Shown here: in pieces, positions 1-13,600 of the stretch
Numbering within the stretch: the first letter of the stretch is position 1
Layout of the letters: each line of letters opens with the position of its first letter
DNA from: Octopus vulgaris
Lineage: Eukaryota
DNA length: 64,000 nt
Assembly: GCA_951406725.2 (NCBI GenBank)
Contig: OX597829.1
Span: 35,340,001-35,404,000 of the forward strand
Direction: 5' to 3'
Program-made: the position numbers and the translations under genes
The notes under the pieces: model-generated
Told to the model about the DNA's origin: nothing
Seen by the model: the letters and a program-made list of their open reading frames with translations, nothing else
The model's database searches: none

Positions 1-335
1 AAACTGACCGCCTGACGCGTCTCTTCCGCAAGAAAATAAACAGGATACGCTCCAATCTCATCAAACAGTACCGGGGGCAAGGGATGATGATAAATAATGA
101 CAGAGGCGATGTAGGCATTCGCCACCTCTGCCCGATCTTTCATGTACAACTTCCTCTCTGCTCATTTCTGGGTAAGACAGACGACGCTGTTCGTCATCTC
201 TTCTCAATTCTTATCCACCTGGAGGTCGGGATCGAATCAGACCCCGAGCAGTTTAACTGGCCCGTCAGTTCAGTAACCGACGGCATCGATCTGCCTCCCC
301 AGGTGTCCAATCGCAATTCCAATGAAAACTGGTAC
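1..335 (-). mobile_element. L1/Tx1-clade LINE ORF2 fragment (region after the RT core), decayed
   Basis: Minus-strand translation across frameshifts gives LRLDTWGGRSMP...DGPVKLLG and KDRAEVANAYIASVII. This is homologous to LQLGTWGSMPM...EGPVKMLGIWF at 32420-32520. Confidence 0.75.
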
Positions 336-559
336 AGGCAGCTATAAAATACGAGCACCCGCCCCCCCAAAAAAAACACGACGTTCTAAGTGCCAGACGC
401 CCAGTCAAGGCCCCTAGACTTTACTCAGGACTGCAGCTCCTGTCTTTAAGGTACCTGAAAAATACAAGAAAGAAGACGTAGTAACTGGCAACTATGAAGT
501 AAAAGAATAAACAACCAAAACTGTAAAGCAATAGGAATCCAAACTAAGACTGAAGAAAC

Positions 560-1394
560 AACGTATCATCATAAAACAATGGCAAATATTGGATTAAGCT
601 AAACAAGAATCTCATCAATGGTTAAGAAGCTCAGGACTGAAAGCAGAGACTAAAGGATTTTTTATTGCAGCCTAGGATCAAAGCTTTCGCACCAGAAATC
701 ACCAAAAGCACTTAATGAAAACAAATACAAGTAACAGCAGAAAATGTGGTGATGGAAAAGAAACAATAAACCATATTGTCCCTTGATGCCAAGTCCCGGC
801 TATGAAGAAATATATTCACAGACATGACAGAGTTGGGACCTATATATACTGGAAGCTATACCAACACTATGGAATGACAACAGAAAAAAGATGGTATAGG
901 CACACGCCAGAAAAAGTCACACAAAATGAAAAAGCGACCATAATTTGGGATATGCCAATACATACAGATAGATAAATCAAGGCTAATGGACTGGATACAG
1001 TTGTCAGAGATCACCAAGACAAAAATGCCTGCTAATCGATGTATCAATACCAACAAATAGCAATGTATCCTTGAAAGAAACGAAGAAATTATCAAAATAC
1101 AGAGATCTGGAAATAAAGGTAATTCGAATGTGGAGCTTAAAAACAGAAACAATTACCATAATAGTAGATGCATTAGGTATGATAAAAAGATATTCAGACA
1201 AATACATAACAAAGACACGAGGACTTTCAAAACATACAGAAGATAGTAGTACTAGCCACCGCGCACATTCTACGTAAAACATTTTTCAATACAGTGAAAA
1301 TAAGAACATCACAACGATCCACGTCACATACCCAAGGCTCACAGAGCTGCTCTCGGTAGTGCAGTGGAAGCACGTTATAAAAATAAGTCTACTG

Positions 1395-1397
<3 letters not shown>
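560..1397 (+). mobile_element. R4/Dong-clade RLE LINE, 5'-truncated 3' part (family C), decayed
   Basis: HQWLRSSGLKAETKGF, degenerate zinc knuckle, RHDRVG, IWDMPIHTDR, KLSKYRDLEI and IIVDALGMI. The 3' UTR runs directly into an (AAT)n/(GAT)n tail. Confidence 0.9.
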
Positions 1398-1660
<263 letters not shown>

Positions 1661-2264
1661 TATCAATGAAATATCTCAAATTTATGCAATAGGAGTAATG
1701 GTACAAATTTTTATGTCCGTGATGTATGGAAACTAAAGTTAGCTTTAACGAGATGTTAAATGAAAGTAAACTTATTTCACAGCATTTTAGTCACTAATTG
1801 CTTTTGGAAGGCATTAATATCACAACACTACATTTAAAGAATTTAGATTTTTTAACAGAAAGATTGGTTTGGTGGAGTAGGAGGATATACAGACGGCCAA
1901 TGAGGCAAGTTGATAAAAAGCGATTAGTGCAGGGAAATAATTAGATAATCGATAGAACAGACAGAAATATCAGATTAAAAGAAATCAGTTATTTTCACAA
2001 AAATGAAGACATATAATAAGGCTGATTGATGTTGCATCAGTATGACTGTCTGCCTACGTATTTGGTAAATATGTATATCTTCCCATCTACCTATTTGACA
2101 GTATGCCTATTCACTACACTCCCTACTTACGAATTCATCTATCTGTCAACCGGTTTAACTATCTTCCAATTTACCTTCATATCCTACCTATTTATCAATG
2201 AATATCTTCCCCTTTTCTTTCCATATAACTACAAATATACGTACACACACACGCACACACATTG

Positions 2265-2297
2265 ATATCATTATCATCATCAACATCGGTAGTAGTA

Positions 2298-2364
<67 letters not shown>

Positions 2365-2413
2365 CATCATTATAATAATAATAATAATAATAATTATTAT
2401 TATTATTATTATT

Positions 2414-2490
<77 letters not shown>

Positions 2491-2500
2491 TATAATTATT
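2265..2500. repeat. (TTA)n/(TCA)n compound microsatellite
   Basis: Direct reading. Confidence 0.95.
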
Positions 2501-2539
2501 ATTCAGTAGACTTATTTTTATAACGTGCTTTCACTGCAC
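2501..2539 (-). mobile_element. 39-bp 3'-terminal copy of R4/Dong family C
   Basis: Reverse complement of 1359-1397 with 1 mismatch, abutting a TAA tract in the tail position. Confidence 0.85.
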
Positions 2540-2850
2540 ACACATACACACACATATATATATATTTAAGTAATACACAGACATACACACACACTTGTAT
2601 TGATGTATGCATTAATACATACCTTTTGATACATACAGAAAGAGAGAAGAATATGTACATTAAGTATACACTCGCAACACATGTATACATGCAAATATAC
2701 GTAAACTCATGTACACAGACGAACGTAACACAAACACCAACACACATTCACTCACATGAAAATGAATTGAGAGTACTACAATGATAAAGGACTTGTTGAA
2801 TACGGCCTAATTTAAAACTGTCCCAATTTGGCGCAGGCTAGCATATGATG

Positions 2851-3020
<170 letters not shown>

Positions 3021-4063
3021 GAAGCGCTACCCGTTCGGGATAAGCTCTACAGACACGACTCGAGAAACACGGGGCCGACCCTCCCGAGATGCGGTCAGAG
3101 CGACGAAACCGTTCTGCACGCACTCGTGCAGTGTCCAACAATTTTCGACCTGTGGGCTTGTGTCGAACAACTGCTGTCACGTGTGGGACGAGTCGGTTTA
3201 TCAGCTGAGTCTATCGTTAATATTGTCACGCCTCCCTCATTCAAACGGGAAGGAAGAGCTATTTTCATCATCCTTGTGGCTATGGCGAAAGAATGTATCT
3301 GGTGGACGCGTCTGAAAGGATTGGAGACAAACACTTTCCTCTCTGGTCAATCTCTCATCAACTTCTTCAAGTACCACTTGAAAAGGAAAGTGAGAGTAGA
3401 GAGGCAAGTTTTGTCTAGCGAATGTTTTAAAAAGAGATGGGTGAATGTAGCAAGAATGGCACGTATGAATGACGAAGCCACCTTGAGCATGATCCTATGA
3501 ACCCAGAAATTGAAAACAGAGAGTTGCTTATTTGCAAAAAAAAAAAAAAAGAAATATAACATGTGACTTCATTGACCGAGGTTACCGTGGTCTTTTCCGT
3601 AGGCTTTTCTTTCCACGGGTAAACCTCACCTGTCCTCCCCTTTACACTTCATATTGACATTTCTGTGATAACGATCCCTATTGATCAATTTTTTCCTCTC
3701 CCCCTTTTTTTAACCCCCCTTTTTTTGTCCTCTTTCTCTCCTTTTACGATCCCTTTTGATCGACCCCCCCCCCTTTTTAAAAAAAAAATTTTTTATTTTT
3801 ATTTTTATTAAACCTCACCTGTCCTCCCCTTTACACTTCATATTGACATTTCTGTGATAACGATCCCTATTGATCAAATTTTTTTTTTTTTCCTCTCCCC
3901 CTTTTTTTTAACCCCCCTTTTTTTGTCCTCTTTCTCTCCTTTTACGATCCCTTTTGATCGAAACTCCCCCTTCCTTTTTTTTTTTTTTTTTTAAACCTTC
4001 AAAAGAAAAGCTCTACCTTGTAATTTGTTCTATCTGTGTGCAACCCGTGGCTAATAAAGAAAC
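3021..4063 (+). mobile_element. L1/Tx1-clade LINE 3' end (C-terminal zinc-binding domain plus 3' UTR), 5'-truncated
   Basis: [28 protein letters not shown] (zf-RVT-type) continues into ORF 3126-3500. A pyrimidine-rich 3' UTR contains an internal duplication (3620-3763/3809-3961) and AATAAA at ~4053, followed by (TATC)n. Confidence 0.85.
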
Positions 4064-4290
<227 letters not shown>

Positions 4291-4891
4291 AATTTATGGA
4301 AAATATTGTTGATTTATATTTCGTATGAAGAATGTGGCCCATGATTATGTTCTGCTCTCAGACACAGATGTATGAAAGAATCACCAGATTATGAATTTAA
4401 CACGATATAATTTAGCAGAAATCACGAAACTAGTGTTCAGATGGACAAAACGATATATGAAGAGACTGAATATTTCTAGTAAAAGCTCCTGATCATGTAA
4501 AAGTTCCCGATCCTGTAAAAGTTCCCGATCATAAGTTCGACATGTTGAGTCAAACTTCAACAATATTCAAGTTATAAGTATACTTATATTAGATATTATA
4601 ACATATATAAATAAGCAAACACATGGACGTATCAAACTAAAAGTCAGTAAATTCTCGTACAATATACAATATTAATTATGAAAGATATTTATTCATACAC
4701 CTGCTATATCTCAAGAAAGTGGTCTGTATATAATAATTAATCCATAAGACTAACAAACAAAGGAAAATTCTTTGTTTTAAATTTATAAACAAATCCATTT
4801 ATATGAAAAAGAATTAATTAGCATATTAGGTTCTTATGCTATTAATTATATCAAATAAGGCTGTTTTAAATTATATATGTATATATATGTG

Positions 4892-4946
<55 letters not shown>

Positions 4947-6197
4947 TTTATGAAAAGAACGTGAAAAGAACAGTATATAACACTCAATCAATCAATCAAT
5001 CAACCAATCCATCAATCAATCAGTTAATCAATCAATCAGTTAATCAATCAATCAGTTAATCAATCAATCAGTCTGTCTATCTGTTCGTCTACATGTCTTA
5101 TGACGTAAGTATGCACATGTATTCATGCACACACGCACACACACACACATAATTACGCACACGCACATTTTGAAACGTGTATATGTAAATACGCATGTGT
5201 GTACCTGTATGTGTAAATGTATACGAACGCACATACACGCATGCGCACATATGTATATAGATGTATAAATATATTCTTTATCAGTAAATGTCGGTGTGAA
5301 GCCTACTGCTATAATAACGTCCTCGAACATTATGTAGCCATATTTGATATGGCAAGCTAGTGTATATTTATCCTAAGGGAAATCAATCAAGAATTTGTGG
5401 AATTTACATATTCGTATGCCACAAGCCAAGTCTTTCATGGTCTGAATCTACGCTGAGTATTCTGTCATAAGAACATCTACCTAAAATGTTTGAAAGCAAG
5501 CGATAGCTGCAGTGTCCTATTAACAATTTATACTGCGGGTTCTCTAGAGATCTACATTGCTGTCACTGAGTAATTAACTCTTAAGAGATTAATATGTCGG
5601 TATTTCAAGAGAAGATAATTATAAAAAAGGAACGTCCATGTTACCTCCAAAAGAAAAAAAGAAGAAAAGAAAATCAAAAGCAAGACAGAAAGATATTCCA
5701 TTTCTAGTATTAAAAAAAAATCATAACTATTATGAAAGGAATATTTCTGAATAAACTGATTCAAAATTTCTTTGAATATATTAAAAAAAAAATACACATT
5801 AATAAGAGAAAGTATAATTATAACTAAGCAATAAAAATCAGTTTCGCATTAACAATTTGTAATACACAAGACTGCTAAACATTTTGAAGTGAAGAATATT
5901 GTCTGTTGAGTGACTTGTAGTATATGATTGATACTTGATTTATAGGTATCGACTGATGAAGTTGAGCAGAACATCATTTCAATATAGACGTTAACAAGAC
6001 GTAGATATCAAAGAACATTTTCTCAGAGTCGTACATATTTTGTTATTCGCAAATCTAGAGACATTAACTTTAAAAGAACTACTGCAAAAATGGCAAGATA
6101 CAAAGAAAATATAATGTAAAATATAACATTCTTGCACATGACCAGGGCTCAAGCAACATGGAAGTCAATAAATATCTAGCAATACGAAGATACACAT

Positions 6198-6238
<41 letters not shown>

Positions 6239-6381
6239 CCTGCACATGCACATTTAAGTATGTACATACATATACACATGTGCAAAAACATACACACATG
6301 TACATATATATATATATATATATAACTATACATGTATGTATGTATGATGTATGTATGTATATTTGTATGTATGGATGTATG

Positions 6382-6415
<34 letters not shown>

Positions 6416-6427
6416 CGTATGTATGTA

Positions 6428-6467
6428 CAGAGTGCAAAATAGCACCTAGGTGCTATTTTGCATCCTG
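6428..6467. mobile_element. 40-bp palindromic Tc1/mariner-like mini element (two joined TIRs)
   Basis: TA-CAGAGTGCAAAATAGCACCT|AGGTGCTATTTTGCATCCTG-TA, with a perfect 30-bp central palindrome and TA on both sides. Confidence 0.55.
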
Positions 6468-7237
6468 TACATACGTACATACATACATACTCTACCAACA
6501 TGCCAAAGTCCACTATGGAGGTAAGTTGGGTCAACTTGACATCCGCATCTTATCCTAGCACCCAAAAGACCCAACATTCAGACAAATACGGGAGTACGTC
6601 CTTATAAATGAAGCCTCCCCAATACTAAATAGGAAATATACACAGTAAATACCACACCTCCATACCCACAGTTTACATAGGTAGAATAGAATAGTTAGTG
6701 GACTGTTAGGTAGATAAATGTATGTATGTGGGTATGAGTGTGTGTGTGTGTGTGTATATGCACTTTTTTCTGTATGTAAGCATATAGATATGAAAATAAA
6801 CAGATCAATATACAGACGGATAGGTATATAGGCTATATGAACAGACACATATGGAGACACGGATCCACACATATAAAGATGCACATCCATACATACAAAC
6901 ATGGTACATAGTTGCATAACATACACACACACAGACATGCACACACAAGGAGACAAAGGTGCATACATATACAAACACAAGCTCTCACACATACATAGAA
7001 AATACACAAACACGGACATGAAAGCACATAGATATGCAGGATACGTACATACAGATGCACATACGTACATATATACATATGCATACACACACATATATAC
7101 ATACACATGCAAACACACACACACATATGTATATGCATGTATAGGTACACACACACATACACGCACACACACACTCACACTGACCCACACACATGTGCAC
7201 AAACAAACAAAAGGAAACACAGTGTAAATAACGGACA

Positions 7238-7420
7238 GAGTCAAAACTATTGAAAAGTTTGCAAGACGCAACGAAAATTTTAGGAAAATAAAAATAAGAA
7301 AAATGTGGAAATTTTACCGGTGAGTGTGTTACATAATAAGGCACAGAAAGAAAATGACTCTCTCCAGACACAACAGAATATGTTTCAACACACGAACTCA
7401 TATAAAGAATCTTGCAAACC
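7238..7420 (+). repeat. Dispersed repeat (PLE-pLTR-like family, also at 8432-8470 and 38465-38784)
   Basis: Aligns by eye to the reverse complement of 38465-38638. Confidence 0.7.
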
Positions 7421-7454
7421 AAATCCCAAAACGAAATAATTATTTATAACTTTC

Positions 7455-8380
7455 ACCTTAAAAGGCATTTTTTAATATGCTGGCCACTGATGAAAGATGT
7501 TGCCGAAGGGATATGATGCGACATTCAAAGTCATTTTTGATCGATGTTAAGCCTCTGCTGCCTGATTTTCGTTTTAGGTAGACGCAGTCTACGTCGCTGT
7601 TGATGTGGCAATTATGTGTGCTTGTTAGTATTTCTAGGGTTTCTACATCAATGGCTCGGAACTTATCAAGTGTCCAATCAAGCAGCCTAAATGTTGGTAT
7701 GAATACTGGCACTGCAATCACATTGTTTTATAGGATACAGAATGTTCTGAGGTCCAATTTTTTTTTTATTTGACTGTAATATTCTTTATTATGTAATATG
7801 CTTTGTTAGTGGTGCCTTTGTAAGATATATTTTCATCCACCCCTTGATACCTGTAACATTCCTCGTCAGATACAGGAGAAACAGTCAAATCATTGATGGA
7901 GATGTTACTAGTCTGGTTTATAGTTTTCCCCCTTTTCACAACATTTATCCTGACCAAAAATCAAACCCTGCATCCTTTGAGAATGATATAACTAGGTCAA
8001 GGCTCTTTTTTCATCTCATGCATAATCTTTGCATAAAGTTTAGAGTCATCCACAAAAAAATTTTGGTATTTGTGTTTCCTTGTGAATCAGTGAGATATCC
8101 ATCAGACTCCCTTAACATGAATGACAAGGGGTTTGCAGAAACTATAAATAATATCACAGAGTGGCTGTCTCCTTGAAATATGATTTTGCGATACTGTATT
8201 CTATCAGTGATAATACAGTCACTCTTTATGCTTAATTTGAAGATGGTGGCTCACGATGAAGTCAGGTCAGCTATGGCTTTGGCTATGCTCACTGGAACTT
8301 TAGCAAGTTGAAGGGCTTCTAGCATCCATGAGTGGGGAACAGAGTCAATGGTTTTCTTGTAGTCTAGCCACATTGAAATT
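7455..8380 (-). mobile_element. RLE-type (R4-like) LINE reverse transcriptase fragment, decayed
   Basis: WLDYKKTIDSVPHSWMLEAL, IFQGDS, FVDD-like motif, YRYQGVDENI and DVDCVYLKRKSGSRGL. Confidence 0.85.
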
Positions 8381-8551
8381 ATGTATGTATATATGTATGT
8401 ATGTATGTATGTATGTAAGTATGTATGTATTTGTTTTAACACACGAATTCACATAAAGAATCTTGTAAAAGATATATATAAATTATAAATATTGTTACAA
8501 TACAATAGTATTATTCTCCAGAAAAAATGGTACTTTGTCGTGCAACAATTT

Positions 8552-8585
<34 letters not shown>

Positions 8586-8590
<5 letters not shown>

Positions 8591-8739
8591 AACAAAACAT
8601 ACTTTTGAATTTCAAGCGCGATACTAATCGTCAACCATTTTGAATTTGAATTTGAATCAACTTCTGTCATTCAAATTCAAAATGGCTGACAACTAGAATT
8701 GTGTTTGAAACTCATATGTACTAACTGTTTTGTTCCATA
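8586..8739. mobile_element. ~155-bp foldback element (MITE-like) next to a TA tract
   Basis: Arms TATGGAACAAAACA...CCATTTTGAATTTGAAT and ATTCAAATTCAAAATGG...TGTTTTGTTCCATA are reverse complements along most of their length. Confidence 0.7.
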
Positions 8740-8794
8740 CATATAACTCCCAATAAACTGGATGAGTACCCTGTTTTCGTTTGTCCATTCAATT

Positions 8795-8861
<67 letters not shown>

Positions 8862-9158
8862 AATAATTTAGAGACGAACCACTATTCCACAACTCAGTCA
8901 ATGAAGAACCCATCCAAAACCATGCTGTGAGACATATACAATACGAAATACTAATCTAAAATTTTAATAATATATAATATTGAACAGTAAGGTTATTACA
9001 ATCATATAATATATAAGAGCAAATACTTTTAAGTTAACAGCGAATACCATACAAAGAAATATTCATCATAAAAATATTAATCTAAAATCAAATAAAGTAT
9101 AAATTGAACAATAAAAATTAATACAATAATATAATGTATAAAAGTAAGTACTTGTACA

Positions 9159-9277
9159 TTGACTACGCGCGTTTCATGGCTGGATTAGGACTATATAAAA
9201 TCATATAAGAAATCATATCCAAGTTTATTAGACCGGAAAATGATTTTACTCCCAAAATCAGTCACTCCTCATGTAAA
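9159..9277 (-). ncRNA. Degenerate minimal type I hammerhead ribozyme with a long stem-II insertion
   Basis: Minus strand: tttac-aTGAGGA-gtgactga...ccagccat-GAAAC-GCGC-GTA-gtcaa; C3 is mutated to A. Confidence 0.6.
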
Positions 9278-10124
9278 ATTCCTAAAAAAAACTAAAAATT
9301 AAAAGTTTAACTTACATCATAATATGATAAGAAATAAAAAATAAGATAATAAAAAATAAGAAAATTATAAGGAATAAAAAATATATATAAAGAAACAAAA
9401 GATATTAATATTATTAAAAGCTACGAATTAAAAAATTCAAATAGAATATTATTGTGAACATGATTAATTCATTATGAAGAATGTAAATAAATGTAAATAC
9501 GTGTTAGTGTATAAAGTAAATAAAAGATGTATGGCGATATTGTTTAGAATAAATTTAAAAGGAAACATAACTTATCTGCTGGCGAATTACTGTAGATTAA
9601 ACCGAAATAAGTGTACTTTAGCATTTATACTGAAAAGTCACGTGATAAATATGGCGTCCATTACCCAGAGATAAATACGTTTTATATTTACTATAATAAT
9701 AACGAAATTATCGAAAGAGAAGGCCTACCTAAAGTATATTATTTATTGGAGATTTAAAATACTTAAAACTTTCAAATCTACAAATAATAATAAATATAAC
9801 ACGTACGAAATTTATGTAATACGTAAATAATGCTATAAAACATTCTTTATTAGTAAAAAGGTAGTTATTTATTCTAATTATATATAATAATGTAATGTTT
9901 ACTGTGAGTTCTAAGCTAATTATATGTATTTAACACTACTAATCATAACTGTAAATTGGTAACTTTTCATGGGTTTAAATAAATCAATACATTATCTAAA
10001 TTTATTATATAAATAATTTAATTTATGTCTACATTTATTACGTTCATCTTGAAAGTTAATCAATTTTTATTAATTAATATTATCTCTTTGAATTCGTTTG
10101 TACATAATAAGCAGAATTTATTCC

Positions 10125-10973
10125 CTATTCTATACGATTTAGCCTTTCCCAGTTTAAATTGTATTTTATTCTTTTAGACTTAAGTGCCCAAATGTATTTA
10201 CTAAGGCGCGTAGAATTCATTAAATTTCTGTTCTTAAAAGAATTCATATGTTGAGCCACGCGTGATCTAATGTTTTTGGAAGTCGATCCTATGTAAGTAG
10301 TATTTATGTTATCATTATTACTATTATTATTATCATTCAAAATCACTATACATTTATATACTACGTCCTCAACTTTACATTTGTTATTACATTTACATTT
10401 AGTCTTACTTCTACAATTACAATCAATTGTATTCTGGTCTCCATTGGAGGTATTACTTAATTTATTATTGTAAAACTTATTTAATTTACATTTGTTAAAG
10501 GATGAAATGATATTGCCAACATTATTAGTGGTAGAATAACCAACTCCAAATTTATTGCTAGAAAATATGTCATATTTATTGTTGTCTTTAATAAATGTCT
10601 TAATTATATTTAAAATCTCTTTAATAATGATAGTTTTAACCTTCCTCCCATAGGGAATTATTACCCATATTTTATTCTCCTTATTATTACTATGAGGTGT
10701 ATTGTTCATATTACTACCTACATCGGGCTTCAGATGATTCTTAATGTTGTGTTTATTGTTATAGAAGGTATATGCATAATTTAAATTATCTTTTAAATTA
10801 TAATTATATTTAGAATTATTGAAAAATTTAATATTATTATTATATCCCACCTTATGAAGCGCCTCATTATAATATGGTGCATGTTTATTAAATATCTCAT
10901 AGTTGGAAGACAGTAATAAAATTCTTTTCCCTATATCATTTACTAACGCTTTCTTAATTGAAGATCTTAGCAT
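10125..10973 (-). pseudogene. PLE thumb/linker plus GIY-YIG endonuclease ORF fragment
   Basis: 282-aa ORF with CxCx5Cx5C and GIY-YIG motifs; frameshifted on both sides. Confidence 0.85.
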
Positions 10974-11610
10974 TAATATATTTCAGGTTTTTCGTTAATT
11001 TTATGGTAAGGTTGAGTTATACCTGTTATTAAGTTAAAATTTACATCTAAGTAATTAACATTGCTAGTTTCGTTATAAATTTGTTATCCCAATCCCATTT
11101 CTTTTTTTTAAAAAAAACTATATATTTCTTCTTACATATTTCCAATGTTTCGTTATTAGCAGGAGGTCATCTCTATATAATCCACCCTCCAATTTAAGAT
11201 TTTCTAATTGGTATTCTGCTAATAAGTATTCTGCTACTATGTCTGTAACCTGAGCGGAATCCGGTGCACTCATAGGGATATCAAGAAAATCCCTGGTGTC
11301 TTATCTAGCCCACAATTTATTATTATACCTGATAAACGATTTTCTGGCCATTTTTACTACTTCATCGTTGGTCATCCTCACCTTATTAATTGCATATATT
11401 AGGGCCTTATTAAGTACAATTTCATTAATAGATGAATAATAATCATCTATGTCTATTTGAATGAATTTGTATCGCTGTCTTTAATATTTTAAAACCTTTT
11501 AAAGAATTATTAGTGTTAGTCCAGAGTTTAAGATAATTCAGATTATTTAGTTTATTAATATATTTATATAAAATTATTTTACTTAATTCCCCTAAATCTG
11601 ATTTACTGGG

Positions 11611-12153
11611 TCATATGAGTCTAACTTTATGGTCCGAATAAAAATTGTCTTTATGGTCCTTCAAAGTAATTCTAGGGTGCATTGGTACATAAGGTTCTGT
11701 TTTATTGTCTATCACGTATTTTTCCATGATTAAGCAAGAGGCTTTATTAATATTATAAATGGTATTTTCCGGGACAATTTTATATTTTTTATTTATTTCC
11801 TTTTTCAAAAGGTTATCATATAATTTTGTATCTAACTTATACAGGTTGCCAGTTTTATCTGATTGTACTACGATTCCTTCAATATTCCGTATTTCTTTTA
11901 TTTTGGTTGCTAAATATGTTAAATATTCATTGTGTCTGTTTGGGTATTTTAAAAATTTAATGTTTTTAACCACCTTCCAAATTTTGTCTTCCAGAGTCTG
12001 AATTTCTCTATTATATGGGGGTTCCCTATTAGATTTAAATTTTGAGCTTATGTAATTGGTATTCTCCACATCTTTAATGTTGGCAATGTTACGATCATTA
12101 TAGTGGACTATCCATTTTATTCTTTTAGTGACTGCTTTTAGGAGTAAAATCAT
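11611..12153 (-). pseudogene. PLE N-terminal/DKG domain ORF fragment
   Basis: 180-aa ORF containing SDKTGNLY and ITLKDHKDNF..KVRLI. Confidence 0.8.
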
Positions 12154-12191
12154 TTTCCCGTTCTAATGAACTTGAATATGATTTCTTATAT

Positions 12192-12310
12192 GGTTTCAAT
12201 TCCTCGACCGGGTGATGCGTTGTGTTCTTAAGCAAAACACTTCATCTCACGTTGCTCTGTGATCACTTCGACATCGGGAATGTGGTACACCGTGCACTTG
12301 TTCAGACAAT
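12192..12310 (+). mobile_element. tRNA-derived SINE fragment truncating the PLE 5' end
   Basis: B-box-like GGTTTCAATTCC followed by GTTGTGTTCTTAAGCAAAACACTTCATCTCACGTTGCTC, the same core as the SINE at 41023. Confidence 0.65.
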
Positions 12311-13179
12311 TCATATATATTAGCCTGTCCGTTATAACTATTCACCTTACGTTACAAGCAAGCAACACCGTTGGCATACCTGATAAATTACAGCGTTTCG
12401 TCTATTATAAGTTCATATTTCGCCAAAGTTGATTTTGCCTTTCGTTCTATCGGTGTCACTAAAATAAGTACTAGTCAAGTACTGGGGTAAATGTAACCTA
12501 GTTACCTCTACCCTTAAAAACTGCTGGCTGTACCAAAATTTGAAACAATTATAACAGTTCATAAATATTATAAATAAAGGGAAACGAAATGCCGGCAAAT
12601 AGTCAAGTTCTGAATTAAATGTAACATTTCAGTTCAGAAACTCGACCTATTTTCAAAATCTAATTTTCGCTAGCAATACAATATACAGAATGTGTACAGT
12701 AGTTCCGATTCTATGGGAGATATCTTTCTCATAGGTTCTTTGGTTTGGTGCCAACATTAAGAATATGCTGTGTATAAAATTTTAAAATAAAACGAAGCTC
12801 TTTTGTTGTAGAGTTAATATTACTGGATGTAGCAGAAATTTCATCTATGACTGTAGAATATCTTTGGTAGCATCTTGCCTTTTTGCCATATTAAAGTTGG
12901 CAGCATTACGTTCGCGACTCATTGTTGTAGAGAAGTAAATTAAATTTAAAGCTGAAAATCTAGCTTCAATATCTGAGCAGTGTTAAATATGAAAACGAGG
13001 AATTTTTAAAGAGTGGATAATCACAAGTGCCTATTTAAAAAAAAATTTCAAGAAGAAAAGTGAGTGAGATGTTATCTTAAAAAAGAAAAAAAAAGAAAAA
13101 TCATCGAGAATGGGGCAGGGTAGAAGTAAAGGAAGAATTTGCGAATAACAGCGGAAAATAATGAACGTACAGAAGAGTG

Positions 13180-13600
13180 GGAGAGAGAGAGAGAGAGTGA
13201 GAGAGAGAGAGAGAGTGAGAGAGAGAGAGAGAGAAAGAGAGAAAGAGGGACAGAGAGACAGAGAGAGTAAGAAACTGTGTGTGTGTGACAGGGAGAGAGG
13301 CAAAGGAAGTGAGAATGACAGGGTGAAAGAGATAGAAATAAAGAAGAGAAAAAGGAAAAGAAAAAGAAAACGAAAAAAGGAGTGTGCGTTTGTGTGTGTG
13401 TGTGTTGTGGGGGATGGGGTGGAAGAAACATACATGGATCAATGGGATTGATAAACACATTGAAAAGAGTTTCAAATGTATTGAGATAGTTATCCTTAAA
13501 TACAAGCAGAGGTGTTGGGAGAGAGAGAGAGAGAGGTAGATAGAGAGAGAGAGATAGAGAAAGAGAGAGAGAGAGAGAGGGCGGGAGTGATGGAGAGAGA
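13180..13600. repeat. (GA)n-rich low-complexity region
   Basis: Direct reading. Confidence 0.9.

Larger units (their letters stand above)
9159..12196 (-). mobile_element. Penelope-like element, Naiad-type (RT + GIY-YIG), decayed
   Basis: N-terminal KRIKW and VQSDKTGNLY (DKG-type) motifs, ITLKDHKDNF, RT motifs IDIDDYYSSI / PMSAPDSAQVTDIV / GLYRD, linker CNCRSKTKCKCNNKC (CxCx5Cx5C), GIY-YIG VVYKC..YIGST..R..QH, and C-terminal CLLC and KCRH after a frameshift. A hammerhead-like motif sits at the 3' end. Confidence 0.88.

Noticed and set aside
4478-4540. Three tandem 18-bp units GTAAAAG(T/C)TCC(C/T)GATC
   Set aside because: Ordinary short minisatellite with no further structure
5950-5995. CTGATGA hammerhead-like start
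   Set aside because: No downstream stem II-GAAA-stem III
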